The notes beneath the pieces are model-generated. The model saw only the letters and a program-made list of their open reading frames with translations, did not search any database and was not told the origin of the DNA. The position numbers and the translations under genes were made by a program. DNA of 64,000 bases from Planctomycetota bacterium (GTDB lineage: Bacteria > Planctomycetota > Planctomycetia > Pirellulales > Pirellulaceae): contig JAYZAR010000043.1 of the NCBI GenBank assembly GCA_036339635.1, forward strand, positions 10,906-74,905. Direction: 5' to 3'. Within the stretch, counting starts at the first letter, position 1. Each line of letters starts with the position of its first letter. Positions 1 to 9,763 of the stretch are shown here, piece by piece.

Positions 1-70
1 ATCAATCGGTTGGTTGGGGCCGTGCACCGAAGTGTCGCTCAGCAGCGTCCAATCACGCTGGAGAGTGGCA

Positions 71-1171
71 ATGGATGAATCGCGGCAGTTTCGTGTGTTG
101 GTTTTAAGCGTAGTAAAGCACGCTTACATTCCCGAAGCTGTTGCTGCTCATCGGCAGTTTGAATTAGTTGCGGTTGCCGACCAGTCGGGTGTGCCTGAGT
201 GGGTTCACACGCGGAACCAGGATTTTGCGGAAAGGTTTTCCATCCCCTATCTTTCAGATATCAGCGGCGCGATCAAAAAGTATCGTCCGGATGTTGCTGT
301 GGTCAGTTCTGAAGCTGAGCGCCATTGTGAATTAGCCGTGGAGGCGGCCAAGGCCGGATTACACATCATTGTTGATAAGCCGTTGTCGAATCAACTAAAC
401 GAATGCGACCGTTTAGTTGATGCTGTGCGAGTGGCTGATGTGCGAACGCTGGTGTGGAATCGTAATTTCATGCCGGCGTTGCAACAGACGCGTTCCGCAG
501 TGCATGCAGGTCGCATCGGCAAGCTACGTGCGATTCATTGTGACTTCTACTTTGCCAAAGATGCTGGCCCACCCAAAGGCAGTCGATCAGGAAACGATCC
601 ACCGATCAATTGGTTGAAGCGACAGATCGATGCGCACGCAGACGGATCTGATGGTGCGGTTGGGATCCAGCCGATGGGTGAGTTGGAGGTCGAGGGGATT
701 TATCCGCTGGCTTACATACACGTGCTGTGCGGTGCTCCCATCAAAAGTGTGTTTGCACGAACGGCGTCTCATTTTCATCAAGCGCACGTCGACCATGCCA
801 TTGATGACTTGGCGACCGTGACACTCGAAATGGAGGGGGGGATCGTTGGGTCCCTGTGTATCGGTCGAATTGGTGCTGCCAGCCATCCTGATTTAGGGGC
901 GATCAAGCTTCATCTGATCGGCACCGAGGGATCATTGGTCGTTCATGAATCTCGTCCGGAAGTGGCATCCTTCTACCGCGGCCAACCGGCGAGCGAATTC
1001 CCTCACCGCCGGGTTGCCGATCAGTACGAGTACTTGCTGATGGAAGAGTTTTCCAAAGCGATTGAAACTGGGGCGGAAACGAGTCTGGATGTCACGGTGG
1101 GACGAGAAATTTGCCGAATCATCGATGCTTGTCTGCGTTCGGCCCGCTCAGGCAGCGTGATCCAGCTTTGA
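71..1171 (+). CDS. Gfo/Idh/MocA family oxidoreductase
   Basis: Rossmann-like N-terminus, 'HIIVDKPL' (EKP-like motif) and typical C-terminal 'DDLATVTLEMEGG'. ATG at 71 preferred over the ORF start at 14. Confidence 0.85.
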   Translation: MDESRQFRVLVLSVVKHAYIPEAVAAHRQFELVAVADQSGVPEWVHTRNQDFAERFSIPYLSDISGAIKKYRPDVAVVSSEAERHCELAVEAAKAGLHIIVDKPLSNQLNECDRLVDAVRVADVRTLVWNRNFMPALQQTRSAVHAGRIGKLRAIHCDFYFAKDAGPPKGSRSGNDPPINWLKRQIDAHADGSDGAVGIQPMGELEVEGIYPLAYIHVLCGAPIKSVFARTASHFHQAHVDHAIDDLATVTLEMEGGIVGSLCIGRIGAASHPDLGAIKLHLIGTEGSLVVHESRPEVASFYRGQPASEFPHRRVADQYEYLLMEEFSKAIETGAETSLDVTVGREICRIIDACLRSARSGSVIQL

Positions 1172-1486
1172 TTTGTCGGTGATGCATCCGAAAAGGATCA
1201 ACGAAAAATGGCCGATCGTTTGGGAGGGATTCTCAGGTGTAGTGACAAGGATTTTTTAGGGAAAGGGATTCTTGGGGACAGCGACTGTTCTGAGAAGAAT
1301 TTGGCTGTGCGAAGCCTAAAATTGCCTCCGGAAAGAGGAGTTGCGCTTGATTTTCCGAGGAACCAAGGGAAATTAGAATAGTTCCAACCTAGATAGGCAG
1401 CCTACCCCCCAGGCGATCGCTTGAACGCCGGTAATCATACGGATGGTCGTTCAATCCCACCTCGGTCGCACGTCGAACCCCTGAAA

Positions 1487-3319
1487 ATGATTATGAACCG
1501 ATCTCTCTTGCCATCGTTGGCCTTGGCGGTTTTGGCTGCCTTGATGATTGCTCCTACGCGATCTTACGGCCAGGCGGGGCTCCGTGAGTCGCTGGAACGA
1601 TTGGACAAGAATAAGAATGGTGAGATCGATCCGCAGGAAGTGACAGCCCTCGCCCGCCCCTACCTGGAACGTATTACTGCGAATCGGATGGCCATTGGGC
1701 AAAGGTCGGTCAAGATCGAAGAGATTCAGGAAGCCGCTCGGCGTTTCTATTCTGAGCGTAATGGGGCATCCGGTGAAGACATTCGTCCTGATCCCGACCG
1801 AGGTATTAAGAGGTTTGGGCCGTCCGATGATGAGCCGATGGTTCCAGAGTTTGGAATCACTGAGGTCAAGTATCCTTACACCAAAGATGATTTAGATTTC
1901 GCTGATCGGACGATGCGTCGGTGCGATCGGGATCAGGACGGCTATATCGATCGAAGAGAGGCCTTGAGGGAACGCTGGACCCATCGTGACCCATTTGATG
2001 ATGACCTTAACGAAGACGGCAAGATCAGTCGTCTCGAACTGGCTCAACGTTATGCCCGTCGCCGGATGCTTGACCAGTCTTCGGATGAATTGCGTCGCAA
2101 AGCGTGGCGGGGTGGAAGGGAAATCCGATCGTTCGAACGCGAAGATGAATCACGCTCAGATTCGATGTGGTGGCGTCGCGGCGGTAATAGCTACTGGTTG
2201 ACCGCCAGCATCTTGGGGCGATTTGACGCCAACAAGAATGGTCGCCTAGAAGCGTCGGAAGCTGCTGAAACCGGTTTGCAGACGACGCAGATTGACCTCG
2301 ACCGCGATGGCGAACTGACGAGGGAAGAGTTATTCGCTCACCTATCTGAATTGCAGGACCAAACCGGAGCGATGGTTGAAGGAATTCCCGGTTGGTTTTA
2401 CGAACTAGATGTGGATCGGGACCGACAAGTTTCTATGTCTGAATTCGCTACCGAGTGGACAGACGCGAAACTCCAGGAGTTCACTTCATTTGACCTCAAT
2501 CGCGATGGATTGCTTACCGCACCCGAGGTGATGCGATCCAAAGCTTTGGTTGGAGGCAGCTATCAAAATACAGAGGCCGAGGTTTTGCCGCCCGGCCGAA
2601 CGGTGCTTTCCGAAATTGAAGTCGATGATGATTTTTTGATCGGGGATTTAAATCTCCAGCTTTCGATCACCCATACCCGCGCTTCTCACCTCGACGTTTT
2701 CCTGACGGGGCCTAATGGCCAGCGGATTGAACTGTTCACTGCGGTGGGCGGCAGCGATGACCATTTCGATAAGACCATTCTTGATGACCAGTCATCTGTT
2801 CCAATTGTGAAAGCAAGGCCGCCTTTCAAAGGCACTTTTCAGCCTGAGGCGGTTATGAAACGACAGCCGAGTTTGAGTTACTTCAACGGAAAAAGCATCA
2901 AAGGTGTCTGGCAATTGGTTGTCCAGGGTACTCGGAGCGACCGTTTTGGGATGTTGCACAGTTGGAATCTACAGGTGACCCCCATTGATGACATGCTGAC
3001 CCAACCAGCCGCCCCCGAAAACGATGGCCCGCAAACAGAATCAGCCGGTGAAGCGAACGGCAGACAAGCTGCCGAAGAAAAAGCGAAAGCGGAAGCGATG
3101 GCGAGGAGACAGGCTGATATGCAAGCCAAGCAAGCTTTCTCGGATGCTGGCGACCGAGGCAAAGTCGATTATCGAGCGATCAACGAACGTTTTCAGGCGG
3201 CCGTGAAAGAAGGGAAAATGACGGAAGATCAAGTCCGTCAGGCTTGGATCAAGATAAAAGGTGGAGGCGGGAAGAGCCGCGGTGATAAAGACGAGTCACG
3301 CGGTAAATTCGATCAATAA
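1487..3319 (+). CDS. Secreted EF-hand repeat protein with proprotein convertase P-domain
   Basis: Signal peptide (LLPSLALAVLAALMIAP..SYG) and multiple DxNxDG/DxDxDG loops (DKNKNGEID, DRDQDGYID, DLNEDGKIS, DANKNGRLE, DLDRDGELT, DLNRDGLLT). P-domain motifs 'ITHTRASHLDVFLTGPNG' and 'SIKGVWQLVV..GMLHSWNL'. Start uncertain (ORF from 1421). Confidence 0.8.
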   Translation: MIMNRSLLPSLALAVLAALMIAPTRSYGQAGLRESLERLDKNKNGEIDPQEVTALARPYLERITANRMAIGQRSVKIEEIQEAARRFYSERNGASGEDIRPDPDRGIKRFGPSDDEPMVPEFGITEVKYPYTKDDLDFADRTMRRCDRDQDGYIDRREALRERWTHRDPFDDDLNEDGKISRLELAQRYARRRMLDQSSDELRRKAWRGGREIRSFEREDESRSDSMWWRRGGNSYWLTASILGRFDANKNGRLEASEAAETGLQTTQIDLDRDGELTREELFAHLSELQDQTGAMVEGIPGWFYELDVDRDRQVSMSEFATEWTDAKLQEFTSFDLNRDGLLTAPEVMRSKALVGGSYQNTEAEVLPPGRTVLSEIEVDDDFLIGDLNLQLSITHTRASHLDVFLTGPNGQRIELFTAVGGSDDHFDKTILDDQSSVPIVKARPPFKGTFQPEAVMKRQPSLSYFNGKSIKGVWQLVVQGTRSDRFGMLHSWNLQVTPIDDMLTQPAAPENDGPQTESAGEANGRQAAEEKAKAEAMARRQADMQAKQAFSDAGDRGKVDYRAINERFQAAVKEGKMTEDQVRQAWIKIKGGGGKSRGDKDESRGKFDQ

Positions 3320-3650
3320 AGGTAATAGCTGGGATGGATCCTCCTCAAAATCAGAGCAGTCTGAATCCAACCCAATGAAATCTCTTCGCTTGGGAGAACG
3401 CTGAATTCACCCGGTTTGTCTTCTTGGCTTGGCCCAGATTGCTTTGCCCGTTCTGTTCGACGCGATTTTTTTAAAAATGTTTATATCAAAGCGTTAGTTC
3501 GGTGCGTTGCTGGTGCATTGCGGCACCGGCTTACGGTGGTGAAGTTGATTTTGGTGAATCTGGCGATCGCGACTGCTGACCGCCCAGATCCTCTGATCGT
3601 TGACGACCTGGCACCTGTTGTTTGGGTGCGGGGCGATTAGCAGGATCGAA

Positions 3651-5735
3651 TCAATTTTGGTCGGTCGCGCCCAATGCCTCCGCATAGTTGATTTCGATCG
3701 GTGGTTTTTCCGCACCTTTCTTTTGCAAAAACTGCTCCATCCAACGGAGCATTCGCAGGTTGTAATCGAGCCTGGCCGCTGCCTTTCGATTCCCGTGGCC
3801 TTCTCCTTCGTAGAGTACCAGGCGAGCCGGTGCTTGATCGAGCGTTTTCAGGTGTCTGAAGAACTCAAGAGATTGGGAAGGGTGAACGCGCGGGTCCTCT
3901 TTGCCGTGCATGATCAGGGTGGGCGTTTGGTTCTTTTCGATGTGCCGAATCGGACTTCGTTCTAGAAAATACTCCCAATCTTCCCAGAGCCGTTTGCGGT
4001 GGTGAACGAGATACATTTCCTCGGGAATATCGGTCGTGCCGACCTTCGACAGATTGTCGCTAATGCCGACGAACATCACGCTGGCGGCAAACCGATCTGA
4101 GTAATAAGTCGAGCACCAAGCTGATGCGAATCCACCGTAGGAACCCCCGGTGACACCAACCGACTCGGGCGCGGTTAGTCCCATCTCGATCAGGTGATCG
4201 ACCCCATCGACTAGGTCGTCGAATTCTTTACCAGCTGCATCCGCTTGACCCATCTTAGAAAACTCGACGCCACGTCCGGTGCTGCCCCGGTAGTTCGGAT
4301 AGAAAACGGCAAAACCTTTGGCTGCGGCAACTTGGCCGGGACGCGAATAGCTCGTCAACCATCCATTCGTTTCGTGGGATTCAGGACCACCGTGCACGTA
4401 CATGATCGTGGGGTATCGGCGTCCTTCGACATAGTGCAGTGGATAGATCAGGACCCCTTGGATTTTCACACCATCGCGGGCCTCGTATTCGATGGGTGTT
4501 TGTCGGGCGAGGCTGATTTCTGCCAGCCAAGGATTGGTATCTGTTGTCCGCTGTGGCTCAGATCGACCATCAGCTTGGACGAACAATTCACCTGGATGGC
4601 TCGCAGTATGGCCAATTAGTGCGATCGTCTCGTTGTTAGTTGCAGCGGAGAGAGAAGTGAAGATCGTCTCGCCCGGTTGAATCCGATCGCTTGTTTTTCC
4701 AGCAAGCGTTACGGTACCGATTCGGGTATGCAGTCCCTCCGCAGCGAGCCAAAGCAGGGTTGAATCATTTAACCATGCGATCGAGTTGATCTGTCCCATC
4801 AGCCCAGGCAACAAGTCCTTGAGTGGCTGTTCTCCATCGATCGACGTCACCATCAATCGGCCTTCATGCGGGTCGTGGATGTCCTCACCTGAGATCAAAG
4901 CCAGGTTTCGCCCATCGGGACTCCAGGCCACCTGACCAAGTTTTCCAGGATTTTCCAATGATCGGATGACCCGGCCTGATTCACTATCGACGACATGGGC
5001 GCGAGCAAACATGTAGCTATCATCAACCGAGGGTGTCGGTGCCGACACGACCATCAAATCTTGCCCATTGGGGCTCCAAGCCACTTCCAGTGCAGAACCC
5101 TCAAGTTCCAGCATGCGGGATTTTCGATCTAGGTTCGGCTTAGTGTGGGGGGTATCAATATCCGCAATCCAGATGCGGGTTGGCATTGAATCCTCTTCGT
5201 AGATCTCTTGATCGAATCCCTGTTCTTGAACTCGCTGCTGTTCTTTTGCGATTTCTTCGGTCGCCAGAAATGCGACACTCTGTCCATTGGGCGAGAGATC
5301 GAAGCCGCCGATTGAGTTGGCGTGAGTCACAACCCGCACTGATTCACCACCATCGATGGGGATGCGATAGAGCACCTTTCCCGAATCACCCGGTCGTTTC
5401 GCCGTGTAATACAGGAATTTACTGTCGGGGGACCATTGGGGAGTACCAATGGATACTTCACCGGTGATGAACGGACGTTTTGACGATTCAGCTCCGATTT
5501 CGGCGACGTGAAGTTCCGACCAGGCGGGCCCATCGGTGTCTTGCATTGGCGCTCGCGGTACAGAGACAATGTATGCCACCCGATTCCCATCGGGTGATAG
5601 AACCGCCGACGTGACCGATTGAATCCTCGTCACGTGCTTCGATTCCAGATGCTGGTCACCCCATGCCGGCAACGCGGCCGTGGCGAGTAGCAAGCCAGTG
5701 ATTGGTAGCCAAGTCATCTTCACGTCTGCAAGCAT
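3651..5735 (-). CDS. S9 family (prolyl oligopeptidase/acylaminoacyl) peptidase, secreted
   Basis: WSPDG propeller repeats, HGGP, NYRGSTG, nucleophile GGSYGG, 'HGKEDPRV', 'EGHG' and a signal peptide. Confidence 0.92.
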   Translation of the reverse strand: MLADVKMTWLPITGLLLATAALPAWGDQHLESKHVTRIQSVTSAVLSPDGNRVAYIVSVPRAPMQDTDGPAWSELHVAEIGAESSKRPFITGEVSIGTPQWSPDSKFLYYTAKRPGDSGKVLYRIPIDGGESVRVVTHANSIGGFDLSPNGQSVAFLATEEIAKEQQRVQEQGFDQEIYEEDSMPTRIWIADIDTPHTKPNLDRKSRMLELEGSALEVAWSPNGQDLMVVSAPTPSVDDSYMFARAHVVDSESGRVIRSLENPGKLGQVAWSPDGRNLALISGEDIHDPHEGRLMVTSIDGEQPLKDLLPGLMGQINSIAWLNDSTLLWLAAEGLHTRIGTVTLAGKTSDRIQPGETIFTSLSAATNNETIALIGHTASHPGELFVQADGRSEPQRTTDTNPWLAEISLARQTPIEYEARDGVKIQGVLIYPLHYVEGRRYPTIMYVHGGPESHETNGWLTSYSRPGQVAAAKGFAVFYPNYRGSTGRGVEFSKMGQADAAGKEFDDLVDGVDHLIEMGLTAPESVGVTGGSYGGFASAWCSTYYSDRFAASVMFVGISDNLSKVGTTDIPEEMYLVHHRKRLWEDWEYFLERSPIRHIEKNQTPTLIMHGKEDPRVHPSQSLEFFRHLKTLDQAPARLVLYEGEGHGNRKAAARLDYNLRMLRWMEQFLQKKGAEKPPIEINYAEALGATDQN

Positions 5736-5897
5736 GATGAAATCTCCAGGTGATGGTTATTGAACCCGGCAATCGTATCACAAGCTTGCTGCTTTCGCGG
5801 ACGCTCCGACTTGATTGAGCTGACTTTGCCCATGAATCGCAAAGGAGCAAAATCTGTTACTCTACCTTCTATCGGTAAACTGATTGAATCTTGATGA

Positions 5898-6860
5898 ATG
5901 AGCGTTTCCTTGTCCCAAACCCTTCACCCCAGTAGTGCCAACTTTCACGATGATGTGATTGAGGGTCTGGGAAAGTCACCACGCTGGATCCCGTGCAAAT
6001 ACTTTTATGACGAGCGGGGATCCCAACTGTTCGATCAGATTTGTGAGCTTGATGAGTACTACCTAACTCGTACAGAGCTGGCGATCATGAAGCGTTACGC
6101 AGGGGAGATGGCCGATCAGATTGGTCGTGGCGTGATGCTGGTGGAATTCGGCAGCGGCAGCAGTATCAAGACACGGATTCTGCTAGACCATTTGTATGAG
6201 CCGGTTGCGTACGTCCCGGTCGATATCTCGAAGGATCATTTGCGAAAAACGGCTGACGGGCTGCGACTCCGTTATCCAGAGATCGAAATCTTGCCAGTTT
6301 GTGCAGATTTCACAGAGGATTTTGGTCTGCCGACACCCTCGCAACCGCCCTCTCATGATGCAGTTTATTTTCCAGGCTCGACGATTGGAAATTTCCAGCC
6401 TGACGAGGCATTGGCGTTGCTAAAACGAATTGTTCGCCTGTGCGGATGTGGTGGTGGATTGTTAATTGGAATCGATCTGCAAAAAGATCCGCAAGTAATT
6501 GAAGCTGCCTACAACGACACGGATGGGATCACCGCAGCATTCAATTTGAATCTTGTCAATCGGCTTCGCAGGGAACTTGGCGCAAATCTGCAGCAAGCCG
6601 ATTTCGAGCATCATGCCGCTTACAACTCGAAGGACCATCGTGTCGAGATTGGCTTGATTAGTCGTGCTGATCAACAAATGAAGATTGGCGCACATTCTTT
6701 TCGATTCGCTGCGGGCGAGTTGATTCACACCGAGTATTCACACAAGTACACCGTCGACGGATTTGCGGAGTTGGCGGCACAGGCTGGGTTGACGTTGCGG
6801 AAGCACTGGACCGATTCCGATGGTTTTTTTGCTGTACTGCATCTCGTCATTGTGGAGTAA
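5898..6860 (+). CDS. egtD: L-histidine N(alpha)-methyltransferase (hercynine synthase)
   Basis: Motifs 'PCKYFYDERGSQLFDQICELDEYYLTRTE', 'VEFGSGSS', 'FPGSTIGNF', 'AAYND..GITAAFNLN' and 'IHTEYSHKY'. Confidence 0.95.
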   Translation: MSVSLSQTLHPSSANFHDDVIEGLGKSPRWIPCKYFYDERGSQLFDQICELDEYYLTRTELAIMKRYAGEMADQIGRGVMLVEFGSGSSIKTRILLDHLYEPVAYVPVDISKDHLRKTADGLRLRYPEIEILPVCADFTEDFGLPTPSQPPSHDAVYFPGSTIGNFQPDEALALLKRIVRLCGCGGGLLIGIDLQKDPQVIEAAYNDTDGITAAFNLNLVNRLRRELGANLQQADFEHHAAYNSKDHRVEIGLISRADQQMKIGAHSFRFAAGELIHTEYSHKYTVDGFAELAAQAGLTLRKHWTDSDGFFAVLHLVIVE

Positions 6861-6863
6861 GGC

Positions 6864-7697
6864 TTGCTCGAACTCTGTAATGTTTCGAAGCGATACGGCG
6901 GCGTGGTGGCTCTTGAACCTACGACGCTGCAGTTGTCGAGCGGTCGTACCTATGTACTGTTGGGGACGAGCGGTTGTGGCAAATCAACGCTGTTGAAAAT
7001 CGCTTTGGGTCTGACGGAGCCCGACTCCGGAACGGTTCGCTTTGAAGGGCAAACACTTCAGCTCGATAATGTTTTGAAGATTCGAAAGCAGATTGGATAC
7101 GTGATTCAGAGTGGTGGTCTGTTTCCTCATTTAACAGCTCGCAAAAATGTCTCGATGATGGCCGACTTTCTGAACTGGTCCAAAACGAAGATTCGAAATC
7201 GGATCGAGGAATTGTCGGCTTTGACACAGTTACCGGAGTCGACACTGGACCGTTATCCGGTACAACTCTCAGGCGGCCAGCAGCAACGGGTTGCATTGAT
7301 GCGCGCTTTGATGCTGGATCCCGATTGGATGTTATTGGATGAGCCGCTCGGAGCACTCGATCCGATGATTCGGAGTGATTTGCAAAATGATCTGAGCGGA
7401 ATCTTTCGGTCACTCCAAAAGTCGGTCGTCTTGGTAACGCATGATTTGCATGAAGCTGCTCACTTTGGTGATGAAATCATCTTGCTCCGGGAAGGACGGA
7501 TCGTCCAAGCCGGTACGATGCAGGAATTGATCGATCGACCCGGCGATCCCTTTGTTACACGCTTCATCCAGGCACAACACGGCACCTCGCCATCGGATCG
7601 TTCGAGTGCCAATTTCGATAAGCCTGAATTCACCAGAGCTGATGACCCGCGGGCTGATGACTCGCAATCAGAACGTGGCGAGCGGGGTGTGCAGTGA
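6864..7697 (+). CDS. ABC transporter ATP-binding protein, quaternary-amine (OpuBA/ProV/EgtV-like) family
   Basis: Walker A GTSGCGKS, '[13 protein letters not shown]', [17 protein letters not shown]. No CBS domains. Starts 3 nt after the egtD stop. Confidence 0.92.
   Translation: MLELCNVSKRYGGVVALEPTTLQLSSGRTYVLLGTSGCGKSTLLKIALGLTEPDSGTVRFEGQTLQLDNVLKIRKQIGYVIQSGGLFPHLTARKNVSMMADFLNWSKTKIRNRIEELSALTQLPESTLDRYPVQLSGGQQQRVALMRALMLDPDWMLLDEPLGALDPMIRSDLQNDLSGIFRSLQKSVVLVTHDLHEAAHFGDEIILLREGRIVQAGTMQELIDRPGDPFVTRFIQAQHGTSPSDRSSANFDKPEFTRADDPRADDSQSERGERGVQ
7638..7667 (+). repeat. Short in-frame tandem duplication (15 bp x2, degenerate) in the ATPase C-terminal tail
   Basis: GCTGATGACCCGCGG GCTGATGACTCGCAA, encoding [10 protein letters not shown]. 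Confidence 0.55.
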
Positions 7698-9217
7698 TTC
7701 GAACAATCGCGATCATTGGTGTTCTGGTTCTCTTGGCATTCGCGCCCTTATCGATGCGTTCGGCAGGTATTCGAATTGGATCGAAAAAATTCACCGAATC
7801 GGTCGTCTTAGGAGAGATGATCAATATCCTGTGTGCCGACACTGGGATCGATTCGGTCCATTATCGCGAGTTGGGTGGCACCCAGTTGGTTTACCAAGCC
7901 TTGTTGCAGGGAGAAATCGATGCTTATCCGGAATACACTGGAACAATCACTGAGGAAATCTTATCGGGCGAAGAGGTAGGTTCGCTGGAGGAGATGCGGC
8001 TAGCGCTGGCCGAGCAAGGTGTTGGGGTCAGTCAACCAGTTGGATTCAACAACACATACGCCTTGGCGATGAATCGTGGGCGAGCGAGAGAGCTCGGTAT
8101 CGAGCGGGTCTCAGATCTCAGTCGTTATCCAGATTTAACATTTGGCTTTAGCAGCGAGTTTCTGAACCGCGAGGATGGCTGGCCGAATTTGCGCGAACAT
8201 TACGATTTGCCTCAGCAACGCGTTGCAGGATTGGATCACGATATCGCCTATCGTCAGCTCAAAACCGGTTCAATTGATGTGATGGAGGCTTACTCGACGG
8301 ATGCGAAGATCGACGTTTATGACCTCAAGCTGCTGGAGGATGATCGGGCATTCTTTCCTCGGTACGATGCAGTGCTGCTCTATCGTCAGGATCTAAAAAC
8401 ACGAGCCCCGGAAGTCATTGAATCGATTTTGCGAATGGAGAATTTGTTGGACGCCGAAGCGATGATCTCATTGAATCGTCGGGTCGAAGTCGATCGGATC
8501 AGCGAAGGTCGCGCCGCCGCCGAATTTCTTGAAGACACGCTGGGGATCGAGTCGGAGGTAGCAGACACGAGTCGATGGCAGCGAATTGCCGCCCGAACGG
8601 GCGAGCATTTGGATCTTGTTCGGCAGTCGCTGATTCCCGCGATTCTGCTGGCGATTCCACTTGGGATTGTGGCTGCCAAGCGGCCTCGGTTTGGGCAAGG
8701 CATTCTCGGAATCGTTGGTGTGGTTCAGACGATCCCCTCACTTGCGTTGCTTGTGATTTTGATGCCGTTGGTGGCGTGGCTTGGATTGAACAGCATTGGG
8801 CTTGGTTCAACTACCGCCGTCACTGCGTTGTCGCTTTACAGCTTGCTGCCGATTGTACGAAGCACACACACCGGACTGCGAGGAATTTCGCCCGAGTACA
8901 GCGAAGCAGCTTTGGCCATCGGTTTGTCGCCGTGGGATCGTTTAGTTCGGATTGAATTACCGCTTGCAGCACCTAGTATTCTGTCCGGCGTGAAGACGGC
9001 GGCAGTGCTGAATGTCGGCTTTGCAACCTTGGGAGCCCTGATTGGGGCAGGTGGCTATGGGCAACCGATCATCACCGGAATCCGCTTGAACGATACAGCG
9101 CTGATCCTCGAAGGTGCTGTCCCCGCCGCCGTTTTGGCTCTGTTGGTGCAGGCAGGATTTGACCTTGGTGAAAAATGGTGGGTGCCAAGAGGACTTCGGC
9201 TCCAAGCGAATTCCTGA
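7694..9217 (+). CDS. ABC transporter fused substrate-binding (OpuAC-type) + permease protein
   Basis: Binding-domain motifs GSKKFTES, YPEYTGT, GFNNTYAL, EFLNREDG, YSTDA, FFPRYDA, followed by permease 'QTIPSLALL', an EAA loop and 'ALIGAGGYG'. GTGA overlap with the ATPase gene. Confidence 0.92.
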   Translation: MIRTIAIIGVLVLLAFAPLSMRSAGIRIGSKKFTESVVLGEMINILCADTGIDSVHYRELGGTQLVYQALLQGEIDAYPEYTGTITEEILSGEEVGSLEEMRLALAEQGVGVSQPVGFNNTYALAMNRGRARELGIERVSDLSRYPDLTFGFSSEFLNREDGWPNLREHYDLPQQRVAGLDHDIAYRQLKTGSIDVMEAYSTDAKIDVYDLKLLEDDRAFFPRYDAVLLYRQDLKTRAPEVIESILRMENLLDAEAMISLNRRVEVDRISEGRAAAEFLEDTLGIESEVADTSRWQRIAARTGEHLDLVRQSLIPAILLAIPLGIVAAKRPRFGQGILGIVGVVQTIPSLALLVILMPLVAWLGLNSIGLGSTTAVTALSLYSLLPIVRSTHTGLRGISPEYSEAALAIGLSPWDRLVRIELPLAAPSILSGVKTAAVLNVGFATLGALIGAGGYGQPIITGIRLNDTALILEGAVPAAVLALLVQAGFDLGEKWWVPRGLRLQANS

Positions 9218-9355
9218 CGGCTGAGCTGATTCTTTAAATTTCTGCAATCAATTACGACAAGCCCGCACGCGAAGCGAGTTTTCCAGCCCTGTCTGAGCTT
9301 GGGAGATTTTTGATTAGCTTCCCGAAAGGTGGTCGAAATCAGAAAGGTGATTTCA

Positions 9356-9640
9356 ATGGCAAAGGCAATCTGGAACGACAAGGTGTTGGCCGAAAGTGAC
9401 CAAACCGAACTGGTCGACGGCAATCATTATTTTCCACCTAATTCACTCCAGCAGGAATACTTTCAACCGAGTGAAGCAACTACGGTTTGTGGCTGGAAGG
9501 GAACCGCCAACTATTACGATGTTGTGGTTGACGGCAAAGTGAATCAACAAGCCGCTTGGTACTACGCCACGCCAAAGCAGGCTGCTGAAAATATCAAGGG
9601 CTACGTTGCGTTTTGGAAGGGTGTCACGGTCACCTCGTGA
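9356..9640 (+). CDS. DUF427 family protein
   Basis: 'VDGNHYFP', 'TTVCGWKGTANYYDV', 'AAWYYATPK..AENIKGYVAFW'. ATG at 9356 follows an AAAGGTG Shine-Dalgarno-like element. Confidence 0.9.
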   Translation: MAKAIWNDKVLAESDQTELVDGNHYFPPNSLQQEYFQPSEATTVCGWKGTANYYDVVVDGKVNQQAAWYYATPKQAAENIKGYVAFWKGVTVTS

Positions 9641-9763
9641 ACACTTTTCTCACTCGCCAACCAATTAGCGGTTGCGATCGGGTAGTGGTTCGCGATGATA
9701 AACTAAATCGGTGAATCATCAGCCGATTGGCAGGACTGTTGAAAGTGTGAAGAGGGATTGGTT

